Of a stretch of 64,000 bases of DNA, positions 38,812 through 47,962 are shown piece after piece. The DNA is from Negativicutes bacterium (lineage in GTDB: Bacteria; Bacillota; Negativicutes; UBA1444). The DNA lies in NCBI GenBank assembly GCA_963665275.2, contig CAXXIN010000014.1, positions 64,001-128,000 on the forward strand, read 5' to 3'. Positions within the stretch are counted from its first letter, which is position 1. Each line of letters opens with the position of its first letter. The translations under genes and the position numbers were made by a program. Below the pieces are notes generated by a model. The model was not told the DNA's origin. It was given only the letters and a program-made list of their open reading frames with translations, and ran no database searches.

Positions 38812-40353
38812 GTGAAAATTGGTGCTGAATCCATAAAATGGGCATTAAATCATTTGTCAACCATTGGTGATTCCGATTTATTCCCCATACCAATAGAATT
38901 TGAAGCTATAGTAGGTCAAGGTGAGACAGCCATTAATTTTCTGTCTGACCTTGATCTTAATCAAGTTAATCCAGGATCATCTAGACGCTTTATCGTTCCT
39001 AAAGATGAATTATCATACCGAGTTGCCACGCAACTAGACCCATTAGATAGCATTTTCTTAGCTGCAATAATGCATCAATTTGGAGCTGAAATTGAGAGCA
39101 AACGGAGACCGGTGGGGGAAAACAAAGTTTTTAGCTATAGATTTGCGCCAGATTCCAGTGGAAACTTTTATGATAAGAAATTTTCATGGAATGAGTTTTG
39201 GTTAAATTGCTTTGAAAAATCCAAGTCTTTTGAATACGCACTTGTTTTGGATATTTCCGATTTCTATAACCAGATTTATCACCATACTTTAGAGAATCAG
39301 CTTGTTGAATGTGGCTTGCCAAATCCGGCAATCAAATGGATCCTTGCCTTATCGGAAAGTATAACGGCAAAAACGTCTAGAGGAATTCCGGTTGGTCCGC
39401 ACTCTGCTCATTTGTTAGCTGAAATTTCCTTAAAACCAGTTGATAATAGCTTGGTCACTCGAGGAATTGAATTTTGTCGCTTTGTTGACGATATTATTGT
39501 TTTTTGCAATTCAGCAACCGAAGCGAGAATCGATATTTTGACAATAGCGGATGTTTTAGATAAGCAGCAACGCCTTATTTTGCAGCGGCAGAAAACAAAA
39601 ATTCTTGATAAAAAAAGTTTTCAGAAATACTGTATAGAAATGGTTGAAGATCGACCCATTAATGATTTAGAGACCAATCTGTTAAAAATTATTCGTAAGC
39701 ACTCAGGGGGCAACCCATATGGCATAGTCTATTTGAATCAGCTTTCACCGGAGGAACTTAGCTCATTTAGTGAGAACTCAATAACAAAAATATTTAACGA
39801 CTATCTAGCACAAAATGAACCAGATTATACGCGCCTTCGCTGGTTTATCCGAAGACTTTCCCAAGCTGGTCATCCTGGCGCGGTAAATTATTGCGTCGAT
39901 AATATTCATAAGTTAATGCCTGCTTTGAGTGACATCTGTCAATATTTTGTTTCAGTAAGTAATTTCAATACATCAGAATGGCCTATATTGGGCGAGAAAA
40001 TACTAAGCTTGATTGAGGATCCAATAATTCAAGCAAATGAATATTACCAGCTTTCAATCTATTCCCTATTTAATCGAAAGCTCGAACTTAACCACTTCGG
40101 GAAAATGCTTAAGAATTATCAAGCAAACCCCTCAAACTTAAAACGAGAAACCATTATTGCAGCTTTCAAGTACGATGCAGCAGATTGGCTGAGAGAATTG
40201 AAAGAACATTATCAAGGGATGGATCGTTGGATGCAAAGAGCATTCATTGTTGCATGTTCAAAATTGCCCAAGGAGGAAAAGAGGTTTTTTTTAGGCAATG
40301 TTACTAAGAATGATCCGCTGGACGAGATACTCATCAAGTGGGCTAAGGGATAG
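38812..40353 (+). CDS. Abi/DRT-like (unknown-group) reverse transcriptase with a helical C-terminal extension
   Basis: VPKDELSYR..TQLDPLD, LDISDFYNQIYHH, GIPVGPHSAHLLAE, RFVDDI (catalytic), LQRQKTKI; ~240-aa helical tail; no maturase or endonuclease domain seen. Confidence 0.9.
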   Translation: MKIGAESIKWALNHLSTIGDSDLFPIPIEFEAIVGQGETAINFLSDLDLNQVNPGSSRRFIVPKDELSYRVATQLDPLDSIFLAAIMHQFGAEIESKRRPVGENKVFSYRFAPDSSGNFYDKKFSWNEFWLNCFEKSKSFEYALVLDISDFYNQIYHHTLENQLVECGLPNPAIKWILALSESITAKTSRGIPVGPHSAHLLAEISLKPVDNSLVTRGIEFCRFVDDIIVFCNSATEARIDILTIADVLDKQQRLILQRQKTKILDKKSFQKYCIEMVEDRPINDLETNLLKIIRKHSGGNPYGIVYLNQLSPEELSSFSENSITKIFNDYLAQNEPDYTRLRWFIRRLSQAGHPGAVNYCVDNIHKLMPALSDICQYFVSVSNFNTSEWPILGEKILSLIEDPIIQANEYYQLSIYSLFNRKLELNHFGKMLKNYQANPSNLKRETIIAAFKYDAADWLRELKEHYQGMDRWMQRAFIVACSKLPKEEKRFFLGNVTKNDPLDEILIKWAKG

Positions 40354-40406
40354 CAAGACTTTAATCATTCGTAATAATGATTCCATACGGATAATCTCAG
40401 GAGGTT

Positions 40407-43400
40407 TTGTTGTTGCATCTTATAACTGAAAATCAACTGGATGAATGGGTTCGCGGGCATGCGCAAGATGCGCAAAGAGTTATTGTTGAATTAGTTTGGC
40501 GCCTTGTCGCGGCATCGAGTCCACATCCACGAGAGCGGCGGTTTCCTTTGGGAGATAGCATCGGCCAACACGGACCTGACGGGATTCTTGACGCTATTGA
40601 AGAATTTAACCCGTTCTTTTCTGAAGGAATATCATATTGGGAGATAGGCACTAACAATAACGCAGGAAAAAAAGCGACGGATGACTATACGTCAAGCACT
40701 GCGACAACTCCCCAAGAAATAAGGCACAATGCGGCATTTATTTTTGTCACACCTTTATCAGGTAGGCGTGATTGGCAATATACCTGGAAGGAAGAACAAC
40801 AAGCAACTTGGCTTGAGACCAGACGCCAACGTGCCGAATGGCGAGATATTCGTGTTATCGACGGCACAAAACTGATTGATTGGTTGCATAGTTTTCCAGC
40901 AGTGGAACGTTGGTTGGCAGGAAAAATGGGTAGAATTTCAATCAATCAAGCCGAAACACCAACAGAATTGTGGGATGAGCTGAAAACTATTGGAGAGCCG
41001 CCACCATTACCTCCCGAATTATTTCTTGTTAACCGCGAGGAAGGACGTAATAGAATTGCAGACGTATTTGCAGGGACTATTGTGCAACTGCGTCTCGATA
41101 CCCACTTTCCTGATCAAATTCCCGAATTTGTTGCCGCGCACATTGCAACCCTTAATAAAGAAGAAAATGCAGAAGCAGCCGGTCGATGCATTATCTTAAA
41201 TAGCATAGATGCTTGGCAGGCTGTTTTATCATTACTAACGGTTCCGCATGTTTTTGTGGCGAACTTCGCATTCGAAGATACAGATGTGGCAGTGACAAGA
41301 TTATTGCAAAGAACTCAGCGGATGGGACACGCTATTATATTTCGTGGGTTGCCAGGAGGAATTCCGCACCCTAATAGAGTAAAGATTGTTAACCCCAAGA
41401 GTTATGAAATTCAACAAGAGCTTGAAAAGGCCGGATACTTGCCAGAGCGGGCCCGTGTTCTTGCACAAAAGAGTGATGGCAATATTGGGTCCCTGTTAAG
41501 ATGTATACAAAACCTTTCGATAATGCCGGAATGGTCGCAGGGAACGGCTGCAGCTGAACTTGCCGTCGCGGTTATGTTGGGATCATGGTCTGGAAATGCA
41601 AATGCAGACCAAAGTTTGGTTGAAAAACTGTCGGGAGAGCCTTTCGGGGAGTGGGTTGACAAATTGCGTGCAGTGACACTTCTTCCCGCCACTCCCCTAA
41701 TGCAGCGGGAAGGAGCATGGAAGTTTATTTCTCGTTACGAAGGGTGGTATTCGCTGGGACCGAGAATTCACGATGACATTCTTGATCGTTTTCAAGAAAT
41801 AACGATAACAGCGTTAAGTGAAAGAGACCCCCAATTTGATTTACCACCAAACGAAAGATATATGGCCAATTTTCAAGGTAAAACCCTTGCGCATTCTTCA
41901 TTACTTCGGCAGGGCTTAGCGGAGAGTTTGGCATTGCTTGGCAGTCATCCCGCTGCCTTGATATCTTGTTCTGCAGGAACAGCAGAAGCCACCGCAAATA
42001 TTGTTGTTCGCAAACTATTGGCATTATCAGAATGGATAGATTGGGCCAGCCTGGATAGAGTATTGCCATTATTGGCTGAAGCGGCTCCTGAACAATTTTT
42101 AAGCGCGGTAGAGAATTCATTAAAAAGTACCCCTTGTCCTTTTGATATGTTGTTTGCACAAGAGGGCGATGGATTAACAGGAGGAAATTGCACAACCGGA
42201 CTACTTTGGGCGTTGGAAACACTTGCGTGGGACAATAATCATTTTATTCGGGTAATGTTAATTTTAGGTGACTTGGCGCACAGAGATCCAGGTGGTAAGT
42301 GGGTAAATCGTCCATCGAATTCGCTTACAACAATATTACTGCCATGGTTACCACAAACCTGTGCACCCATTACTAAACGTTTGCGTTGCGTTGAACTTCT
42401 TTTAACGCGTGTTCCTGAAGTTGCTTGGAAACTAATTCTAACTCTATTGCCAGATTCTCACCAGTCATCTTCAGGAACACATAAACCAACATGGCGTAGC
42501 TATATCCCTGATAATTGGACTAACACAGTCAAAAATTCAGAGTACTGGACACAAGCTAATGCCTATTTAGAAATGGCTCTTAATACAGCAAAAAATGATT
42601 GTTCAAAGCTGGTAGAGCTAATACGGCGGATCGATGACTTCCCTCCGCCTTCACGTGACGAAATGCTGGGATATTTGAAGTCGGATTCCGTGTTGGTGTT
42701 ACCAGATGAACAGCGTATAAAGTTGTGGACCGAACTAGTGGCTTTGGTATCAAAGCACAGGAAATTCTCCGACGCTGAATGGGCTTTGGAAGAAGCTGTG
42801 TTGACCAGGATTGATGAGGTAATTGAATGCTTAAGACCTCATTCTCCATTTTTCCTACATCAACGTTTATTTGGGGAAAGAGAATGGGAATTGCTCGATG
42901 AAATAGGGGACTATCAAGAGCAATTTAAAGCACTCGAAGTTCGACGGCAGAGCGCCGTAAATGAATTGTTTTTGTCCGGTGGTATTAACGTTGTCTTAAA
43001 ATTTGCACAGACAGTTGATTTACCATGGAGAGTTGGCTTTTCTTTTGGCGCAACAGCGCCTCAGGACGATATTTTTCCTGAAATACTGCCAATAATGCTC
43101 TTGGAGTCCGAATCCACATCTAAGGCAGTGTCGCAATTTGCCGGAGGTTTCGTGCAAGGGCGGTATACGACATTGGGATGGAAATGGGTCGACGGTATTG
43201 ATATGATCCAATGGGATTCCTCGCAAATCGGGCAGTTTTTGAGCTATTTGCCATTCACCTTCGATACTTGGCACAGGGTTGATCAGCTTTTGGGAACTAG
43301 CGTACATTATTATTGGACGATGACCAATGTCAATCCATACGAACCTAAAGAGGGCTTGGAGTATGCGATCGATCTTCTAGTCCAACATGGGCGACCCAAT

Positions 43401-44240
43401 GATGCTGTTAGGTGCCTTGAAGCAATTCTTCACGAAAAGAAAACCCTCAACATAACGCAAGCGATGCAAGTTTTAAAAGCATTACTTAAGTCTTCAACAA
43501 AAAGCCATGGAATTGACGATGATGCCGTATTGAAAATAATCAAAGCTCTTCAGAATGATGAAAAGGCTAATCCTGAAGAACTATTACAGATCGAATGGGC
43601 TTATCTGCCCCTGCTTGACCAGTATCGCAAAGCTGCGCCACGTTTTCTCGAATTAAGATTAGCTAAAGAACCAGAGTTCTTTTGTGAAATCATCAGAATT
43701 ATATTTAAATCCAATAAAGCTGAACAGCCACCAGAAGAGAGCACGGAGGAAAGAAAATTTATTGCACGAAATGCATATGAGCTACTTCGAAAGTGGAAAA
43801 CACCGCCCGGGATTCAACCTAGCGGATTATTTGACGGAGATATCTTTTTCTCTTGGATAGAACGGGTCAAAAAGGCTTGTGCAGAATCTGGCCATTTGGA
43901 AATAGCCCTAACTATGGTTGGCCACGTCTTGATTCATGCTCCTCGAGACCCTGATGGTTTGTGGATTCACCAGTCTGTAGCAGATGCCTTGAATGCACCC
44001 GATGCTGATGATATGAGAAATGGTTTTCGCACTGAATTGTTTAATTCCAGAGGGGTACATTCGTGGACATTAGGGAATGAGGAAAAACAACTGTCGGAGA
44101 AATACAAACAAATGGCTGAAGAGCTAGAAGAGCACGGGTATATTAACTTTTCGGTAACTCTTCGGAATCTTGCCGATTCTTATGCTCGAGACGCCGAAAG
44201 AGAAGCCGCGAGAGATCCGTTTGACGATTGGAACCATTAG
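40407..44240 (+). CDS. Large 1277-aa protein: N-terminal PD-(D/E)xK-like domain and a long helical-repeat region; probable defence protein
   Basis: GPDGILD...SYWEIGT...KKATDDY...FIFVTP...WRDIRVIDGTKLIDWL; GLLWALETLAW; helical C-terminus; AGGAGG RBS; no intact Walker A found. Confidence 0.75.
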   Translation: MLLHLITENQLDEWVRGHAQDAQRVIVELVWRLVAASSPHPRERRFPLGDSIGQHGPDGILDAIEEFNPFFSEGISYWEIGTNNNAGKKATDDYTSSTATTPQEIRHNAAFIFVTPLSGRRDWQYTWKEEQQATWLETRRQRAEWRDIRVIDGTKLIDWLHSFPAVERWLAGKMGRISINQAETPTELWDELKTIGEPPPLPPELFLVNREEGRNRIADVFAGTIVQLRLDTHFPDQIPEFVAAHIATLNKEENAEAAGRCIILNSIDAWQAVLSLLTVPHVFVANFAFEDTDVAVTRLLQRTQRMGHAIIFRGLPGGIPHPNRVKIVNPKSYEIQQELEKAGYLPERARVLAQKSDGNIGSLLRCIQNLSIMPEWSQGTAAAELAVAVMLGSWSGNANADQSLVEKLSGEPFGEWVDKLRAVTLLPATPLMQREGAWKFISRYEGWYSLGPRIHDDILDRFQEITITALSERDPQFDLPPNERYMANFQGKTLAHSSLLRQGLAESLALLGSHPAALISCSAGTAEATANIVVRKLLALSEWIDWASLDRVLPLLAEAAPEQFLSAVENSLKSTPCPFDMLFAQEGDGLTGGNCTTGLLWALETLAWDNNHFIRVMLILGDLAHRDPGGKWVNRPSNSLTTILLPWLPQTCAPITKRLRCVELLLTRVPEVAWKLILTLLPDSHQSSSGTHKPTWRSYIPDNWTNTVKNSEYWTQANAYLEMALNTAKNDCSKLVELIRRIDDFPPPSRDEMLGYLKSDSVLVLPDEQRIKLWTELVALVSKHRKFSDAEWALEEAVLTRIDEVIECLRPHSPFFLHQRLFGEREWELLDEIGDYQEQFKALEVRRQSAVNELFLSGGINVVLKFAQTVDLPWRVGFSFGATAPQDDIFPEILPIMLLESESTSKAVSQFAGGFVQGRYTTLGWKWVDGIDMIQWDSSQIGQFLSYLPFTFDTWHRVDQLLGTSVHYYWTMTNVNPYEPKEGLEYAIDLLVQHGRPNDAVRCLEAILHEKKTLNITQAMQVLKALLKSSTKSHGIDDDAVLKIIKALQNDEKANPEELLQIEWAYLPLLDQYRKAAPRFLELRLAKEPEFFCEIIRIIFKSNKAEQPPEESTEERKFIARNAYELLRKWKTPPGIQPSGLFDGDIFFSWIERVKKACAESGHLEIALTMVGHVLIHAPRDPDGLWIHQSVADALNAPDADDMRNGFRTELFNSRGVHSWTLGNEEKQLSEKYKQMAEELEEHGYINFSVTLRNLADSYARDAEREAARDPFDDWNH

Positions 44241-44467
44241 TTGACCGGATGGAAAGCGGGGGTCATATTAGATGCGATCACAAATTTATTGATTCAAATA
44301 AAGTGTAGAAAAAGAACTGGGTGCAACGCGGGAGCAACGGGTAGAAAAAACAAGGTATAATTCGGTGTTTTATGGCATGGTTGAAAAAGAAGAAAAACCG
44401 CAGTAAACGCTAGAATAATAGTATTTACGCGTAAAACTGACCCAATGAAGTGTTTGATTTCCTCGGA

Positions 44468-44516
44468 TTCCCAAGCCGTGGGTCGCGAGTTCGAATCTCG
44501 TTGCCCGCTCCAGTAA
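44468..44516 (+). repeat. attR (duplicated tRNA-Gly 3' half)
   Basis: 49-bp identity to 30151-30199; no tRNA 5' half upstream. Confidence 0.95.
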
Positions 44517-44520
44517 TTTC

Positions 44521-44556
44521 GGGCCTTCCAGCCTTCGGGTTTGGAAGGCTTTTTTG
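44521..44556 (+). terminator. Intrinsic terminator, probably the original tRNA-Gly terminator displaced by the insertion
   Basis: GGCCTTCCAG...TTGGAAGGCT followed by a T run, immediately after attR. Confidence 0.7.
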
Positions 44557-44590
44557 CGTTTGGTTCCTAATTTGGGTCCTTTGCCAATGT

Positions 44591-45274
44591 TTAGATCATG
44601 ATCGGCATCAAAAACTGGACGGTAGAAATGGTGATGATAGCCGCCAAGATCATGGACACGCAGGCAACGGTGCCGGTGGTCGCGCTAAATTGAAAGGCCC
44701 TGACTGTTCCAACTGCGTGGGAGCTAGTGCCGAAGAGCACGCCACGTGCAATTTCGCTTTCGATTTTGAAAAACTTGATAACGAAAGGGCCGAGTATTGA
44801 ACCCAGGATTCCGGTCATGATGACGATGACGGCAGTAACGGACGGCACGCCGCCAATAAGCTGAGAAATATCCATCGCAATCGGGGTGGTCACGGAACGT
44901 GGAATGAGGCTCCCGATCAATTGTTTGTCGACACTCAGCCCTTCGGCAATCCACGCGGAAGAAAGCATCGCGATCACAGAACCGAGGATCACGCTCGGAA
45001 TTATTTCCACAGCATGCTTTTTCAGGATTGCGCGATATTTGTAGAGTGGTATGGCAAAAGCGATCGTGGCAGGCTGCAACATGATATTCAGCCATTTGGC
45101 GCCGCTATTATAGGTATCATAGGAAATATGAGCGCCAAGCAGTAATACCGCCAAAAGCGTCGGGACTGTAACGAGCGGAGAAAAATAGATCCGAGGGTTT
45201 TGCTTGTAGAACCATTTGGCAAAAGAGTACAGTGCGATGGTTGCAATAAAACTTAATAACGGCAGGCTGTTCAT
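44591..45274 (-). CDS. lrgB: LrgB/CidB family membrane protein
   Basis: LQPATIAFAIPLY, PRSVTTPIAM, ARGVLFGTSSHAVGT. Confidence 0.93.
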   Translation of the reverse strand: MNSLPLLSFIATIALYSFAKWFYKQNPRIYFSPLVTVPTLLAVLLLGAHISYDTYNSGAKWLNIMLQPATIAFAIPLYKYRAILKKHAVEIIPSVILGSVIAMLSSAWIAEGLSVDKQLIGSLIPRSVTTPIAMDISQLIGGVPSVTAVIVIMTGILGSILGPFVIKFFKIESEIARGVLFGTSSHAVGTVRAFQFSATTGTVACVSMILAAIITISTVQFLMPIMI

Positions 45275-45639
45275 GATTTTCTCCTCATAATGGCAATTTT
45301 TTTGGCGACCAAGCCGGAACTTGCCATAATCGTAAAGGTGCCGACGATAACCACGGTTAAAATCTGTAATCCATTGGTGAGCAGCAATGATTGATACTGG
45401 ATAATTCCTACCGCCGAAGGAATGAAGAATAAAAGCAGTTCCGCTAGCAATAGATTGGCGCCAAGTTCAATCCAGTCCAATCGCAGTATGTTGAATTGAA
45501 GCAGGGAAAATAAAATCACTAGCCCAATAATACTGCCGGGCAACGGGAGGGAAAACAGGGCCGATATATAGTTTGAAATTAATGACAAGGAACACAAGAG
45601 AGCTATTTGTGCGATCCCTTTCAATACACTCTTCATCAT
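45271..45639 (-). CDS. cidA: CidA/LrgA holin-like protein
   Basis: LPLPGSIIGLVILF, LLAELLLFFIPSAVGI. Confidence 0.9.
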   Translation of the reverse strand: MMKSVLKGIAQIALLCSLSLISNYISALFSLPLPGSIIGLVILFSLLQFNILRLDWIELGANLLLAELLLFFIPSAVGIIQYQSLLLTNGLQILTVVIVGTFTIMASSGLVAKKIAIMRRKS

Positions 45640-45751
45640 GGCGTCACTCCCTACTGGTTTCTGATTCAAAGTATACAGGGGACAGTGTTATGTGTAAAAT
45701 ACATATATAGTATTGATTGCATACGTTTCATCTATGAGGAGGCGGGGCCCG

Positions 45752-46651
45752 TTGGAGATCCGGAATTTAGAATATTTTCTTGAAGTTGTGCGCACGAAAA
45801 GTTTTACGAAAGCTGCGCAAAATCTATTTATTACCCAGCCCACGATCAGCAGAATGATCAAAAACCTGGAAGACGAGCTGGAAGTGGTTTTGTTTGAACG
45901 GTTGGGAAAAGGCGTGGAATTAACAGATGCTGGACGGACCATTTTGTTCCAGGCGCAAAACATTGTGAGCTCGGTTCATAGTCTGTCGGATGAATTGGCT
46001 GATGTGATGCAGCTAAAAAAAGGGCAAATAAAAATTGGCTTGCCGCCGATGATCGGCGCAAACTTTTTTCCCCAGGTAATCGGACAGTTCAATAAGACCT
46101 ATCCCAATATAAAAGTTCAATTATGGGAAAGCGGCGCCAAAAAGGCTGAAGATGATGTTGCGAACGGAAACCTGGAAATTGGGGTCACGCTTCTGCCGGT
46201 TCAGGAAGACGTTTTCCAATGGTTTTCATTTGTACAGGATAAATTGAGCGTGGTGGTGCATCCATCCCATCGATTGGCGGGGAAACCTTCAATATCGCTG
46301 CTCGAGCTGGCGTCAGATGGGTTTATTTTGTTTAATGAAGACTTTTTACTGCATGACCGGATTATCAATGAATGTGTGCGCGTTGGGTTTCAACCGCAGG
46401 TTGTTTATGAAAGTTCACAATGGGATTTCATTAGCGAAATGGTGGCAGCTGGTTTGGGAGTGGCATTATTGCCGGGAACCATCTGCAACCAGTTGGACAA
46501 ACAGCGCTTGAGTGTTTTGCCGCTGGTTCAACCAGAGATCCCCTGGCATCTGGCGGTAATCTGGCGAAAGAACCGCTATCTATCCTTTGCCGCGCGGGAA
46601 TGGCTGGAATTTACCCGCAAGCTGTTGCAGGCAAACGAGAAAGAATTCTGA
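45752..46651 (+). CDS. LysR-family regulator (CidR-like)
   Basis: SFTKAAQNLFITQPTISRMIKNLEDEL...LTDAG; SSQWDFI; divergent from cidA-lrgB. Confidence 0.93.
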   Translation: MEIRNLEYFLEVVRTKSFTKAAQNLFITQPTISRMIKNLEDELEVVLFERLGKGVELTDAGRTILFQAQNIVSSVHSLSDELADVMQLKKGQIKIGLPPMIGANFFPQVIGQFNKTYPNIKVQLWESGAKKAEDDVANGNLEIGVTLLPVQEDVFQWFSFVQDKLSVVVHPSHRLAGKPSISLLELASDGFILFNEDFLLHDRIINECVRVGFQPQVVYESSQWDFISEMVAAGLGVALLPGTICNQLDKQRLSVLPLVQPEIPWHLAVIWRKNRYLSFAAREWLEFTRKLLQANEKEF

Positions 46652-47060
46652 TGGTGAATGGATTAAAGAAGCCAGCTTTTCATTTTAAGAAAAGCTGGCT
46701 TTTACTATGGAATAATAAGAATTTTAGAAAGTTAATTGCTCGGTTCGGTCGCTTGTTTAGTGAGCGTAATACAAGGTGTTTTCCAGCAAATATTACGCGG
46801 TCTTAGGAATGGTAGGTGGAGCCGGAAGCGGATTTTTCCGCAGAGAAAAAGGTGAAAGAAATTATCCTTCCGATTTCTTTATGGTTATTGTGAAGATATT
46901 CAAAGGTTCGTTATAAAATCAAGTGCAACAGAACCCAAGGCTGTTAAGTAAACAGCCATAGTGAAAAACGGTGTATCGTTTATGATGTAATCGTCCAAAC
47001 CCAATCATCCATAAAAAGTTTCGACGCCGAATTTGTTTGTCGCAAAAGCAGGCTTCATTC

Positions 47061-47951
47061 CTATTTTGCAGTCTTCTTCTCGACCTTCGAGCCTAACAGA
47101 TCTTCGAATACGCAGATCATTGCGCCTTTGTCTTTTTCCCCCAGCCCTTTCAGCAATGCCATCTGATAAGTAGTTGTTGCCGCATGCATAACCGGCAGGG
47201 GAATACAAAGCTGAGCGCCGATTTCGGCGCCGCTGACCAAGTCTTTGTAGGCATGTTCCAGCGGGTAACCGTCACTAAAGTGCCGTCTGAGAATTCTGGG
47301 CAGAAAAAAATCAGAGGCATAACTTTTTCCTGAACTGCTGTTTATAACCGACACAATGGCTTCCGGATCCAGACCCAGTTTGACTGCCATTGGCAGGATT
47401 TCAGCAAATGCAGCGATGTTGATATCAAACAGGATATTGTTGATGGCTTTGGTCAATTGACCGCATCCATGAGTTCCCATATACATGATGTTGGTTGCGA
47501 TGCATTTGAAGAAGGGAACCAGCCGATCGTAGATTTCTTTTTTGCCGCCGCACATAACGGTTAGCGTACCGTCGATGGCTCGAGCCTCCATGCCTGATAC
47601 CGGCGCGTCCATGAAATCTACCTCTTTGGCCTCGAGCATTCGGGCGATTTCTGTACTGGCTGTATAATTGATTGTGCTCAGGTCAACAATCAGTTGTCCC
47701 CGTTTTAAGCTGGACAAGATTCCTCTCTCGCTCAGAACGGTTTGGACCACCTTGGTATCAGGCAACGATAAGAAAATCAGATCACATTGGGCGATGTCCT
47801 GCAGGTTGGTTGTGGTTTTTGCTCCTTTGGACTGGAGTTCGGTAAAATGCTCCGTTCGCAGGTCGGTTACCAATACTTCTTCGCCGCACGCAAGCAAATT
47901 CGTGGCCATGGGTTTTCCCATCTGTCCCAAGCCGACAAAACCGATTTTCAT
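47061..47951 (-). CDS. Beta-hydroxyacid dehydrogenase (3-hydroxyisobutyrate/tartronate semialdehyde reductase family)
   Basis: IGFVGLGQMG, DAPVSG, GTLTVMCGG, GQLTKAINN, KDL. Confidence 0.92.
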   Translation of the reverse strand: MKIGFVGLGQMGKPMATNLLACGEEVLVTDLRTEHFTELQSKGAKTTTNLQDIAQCDLIFLSLPDTKVVQTVLSERGILSSLKRGQLIVDLSTINYTASTEIARMLEAKEVDFMDAPVSGMEARAIDGTLTVMCGGKKEIYDRLVPFFKCIATNIMYMGTHGCGQLTKAINNILFDINIAAFAEILPMAVKLGLDPEAIVSVINSSSGKSYASDFFLPRILRRHFSDGYPLEHAYKDLVSGAEIGAQLCIPLPVMHAATTTYQMALLKGLGEKDKGAMICVFEDLLGSKVEKKTAK

Positions 47952-47962
47952 AGCTATTCCCC

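Larger units (their letters stand above)
30151..44516. mobile_element. ~14.4 kb integrative satellite/PICI-like element in tRNA-Gly(CCC)
   Basis: Identical 49-bp direct repeats at both ends; tyrosine integrase, divergent HTH switch, Xis-like, Rep, Toprim and cargo genes; no capsid, terminase or T4SS genes. Confidence 0.92.

Noticed and set aside
38812-40353. RT as a retron, group II intron or DGR enzyme
   Set aside because: No retron NAxxH/VTG motifs, no maturase/HNH domain or intron ends, and no TR/VR repeat pair or Avd gene seen.
44591-45639. cidA/lrgB as a lysis cassette of the satellite
   Set aside because: They lie outside attR and are paired with a LysR regulator, as in the ordinary chromosomal locus.
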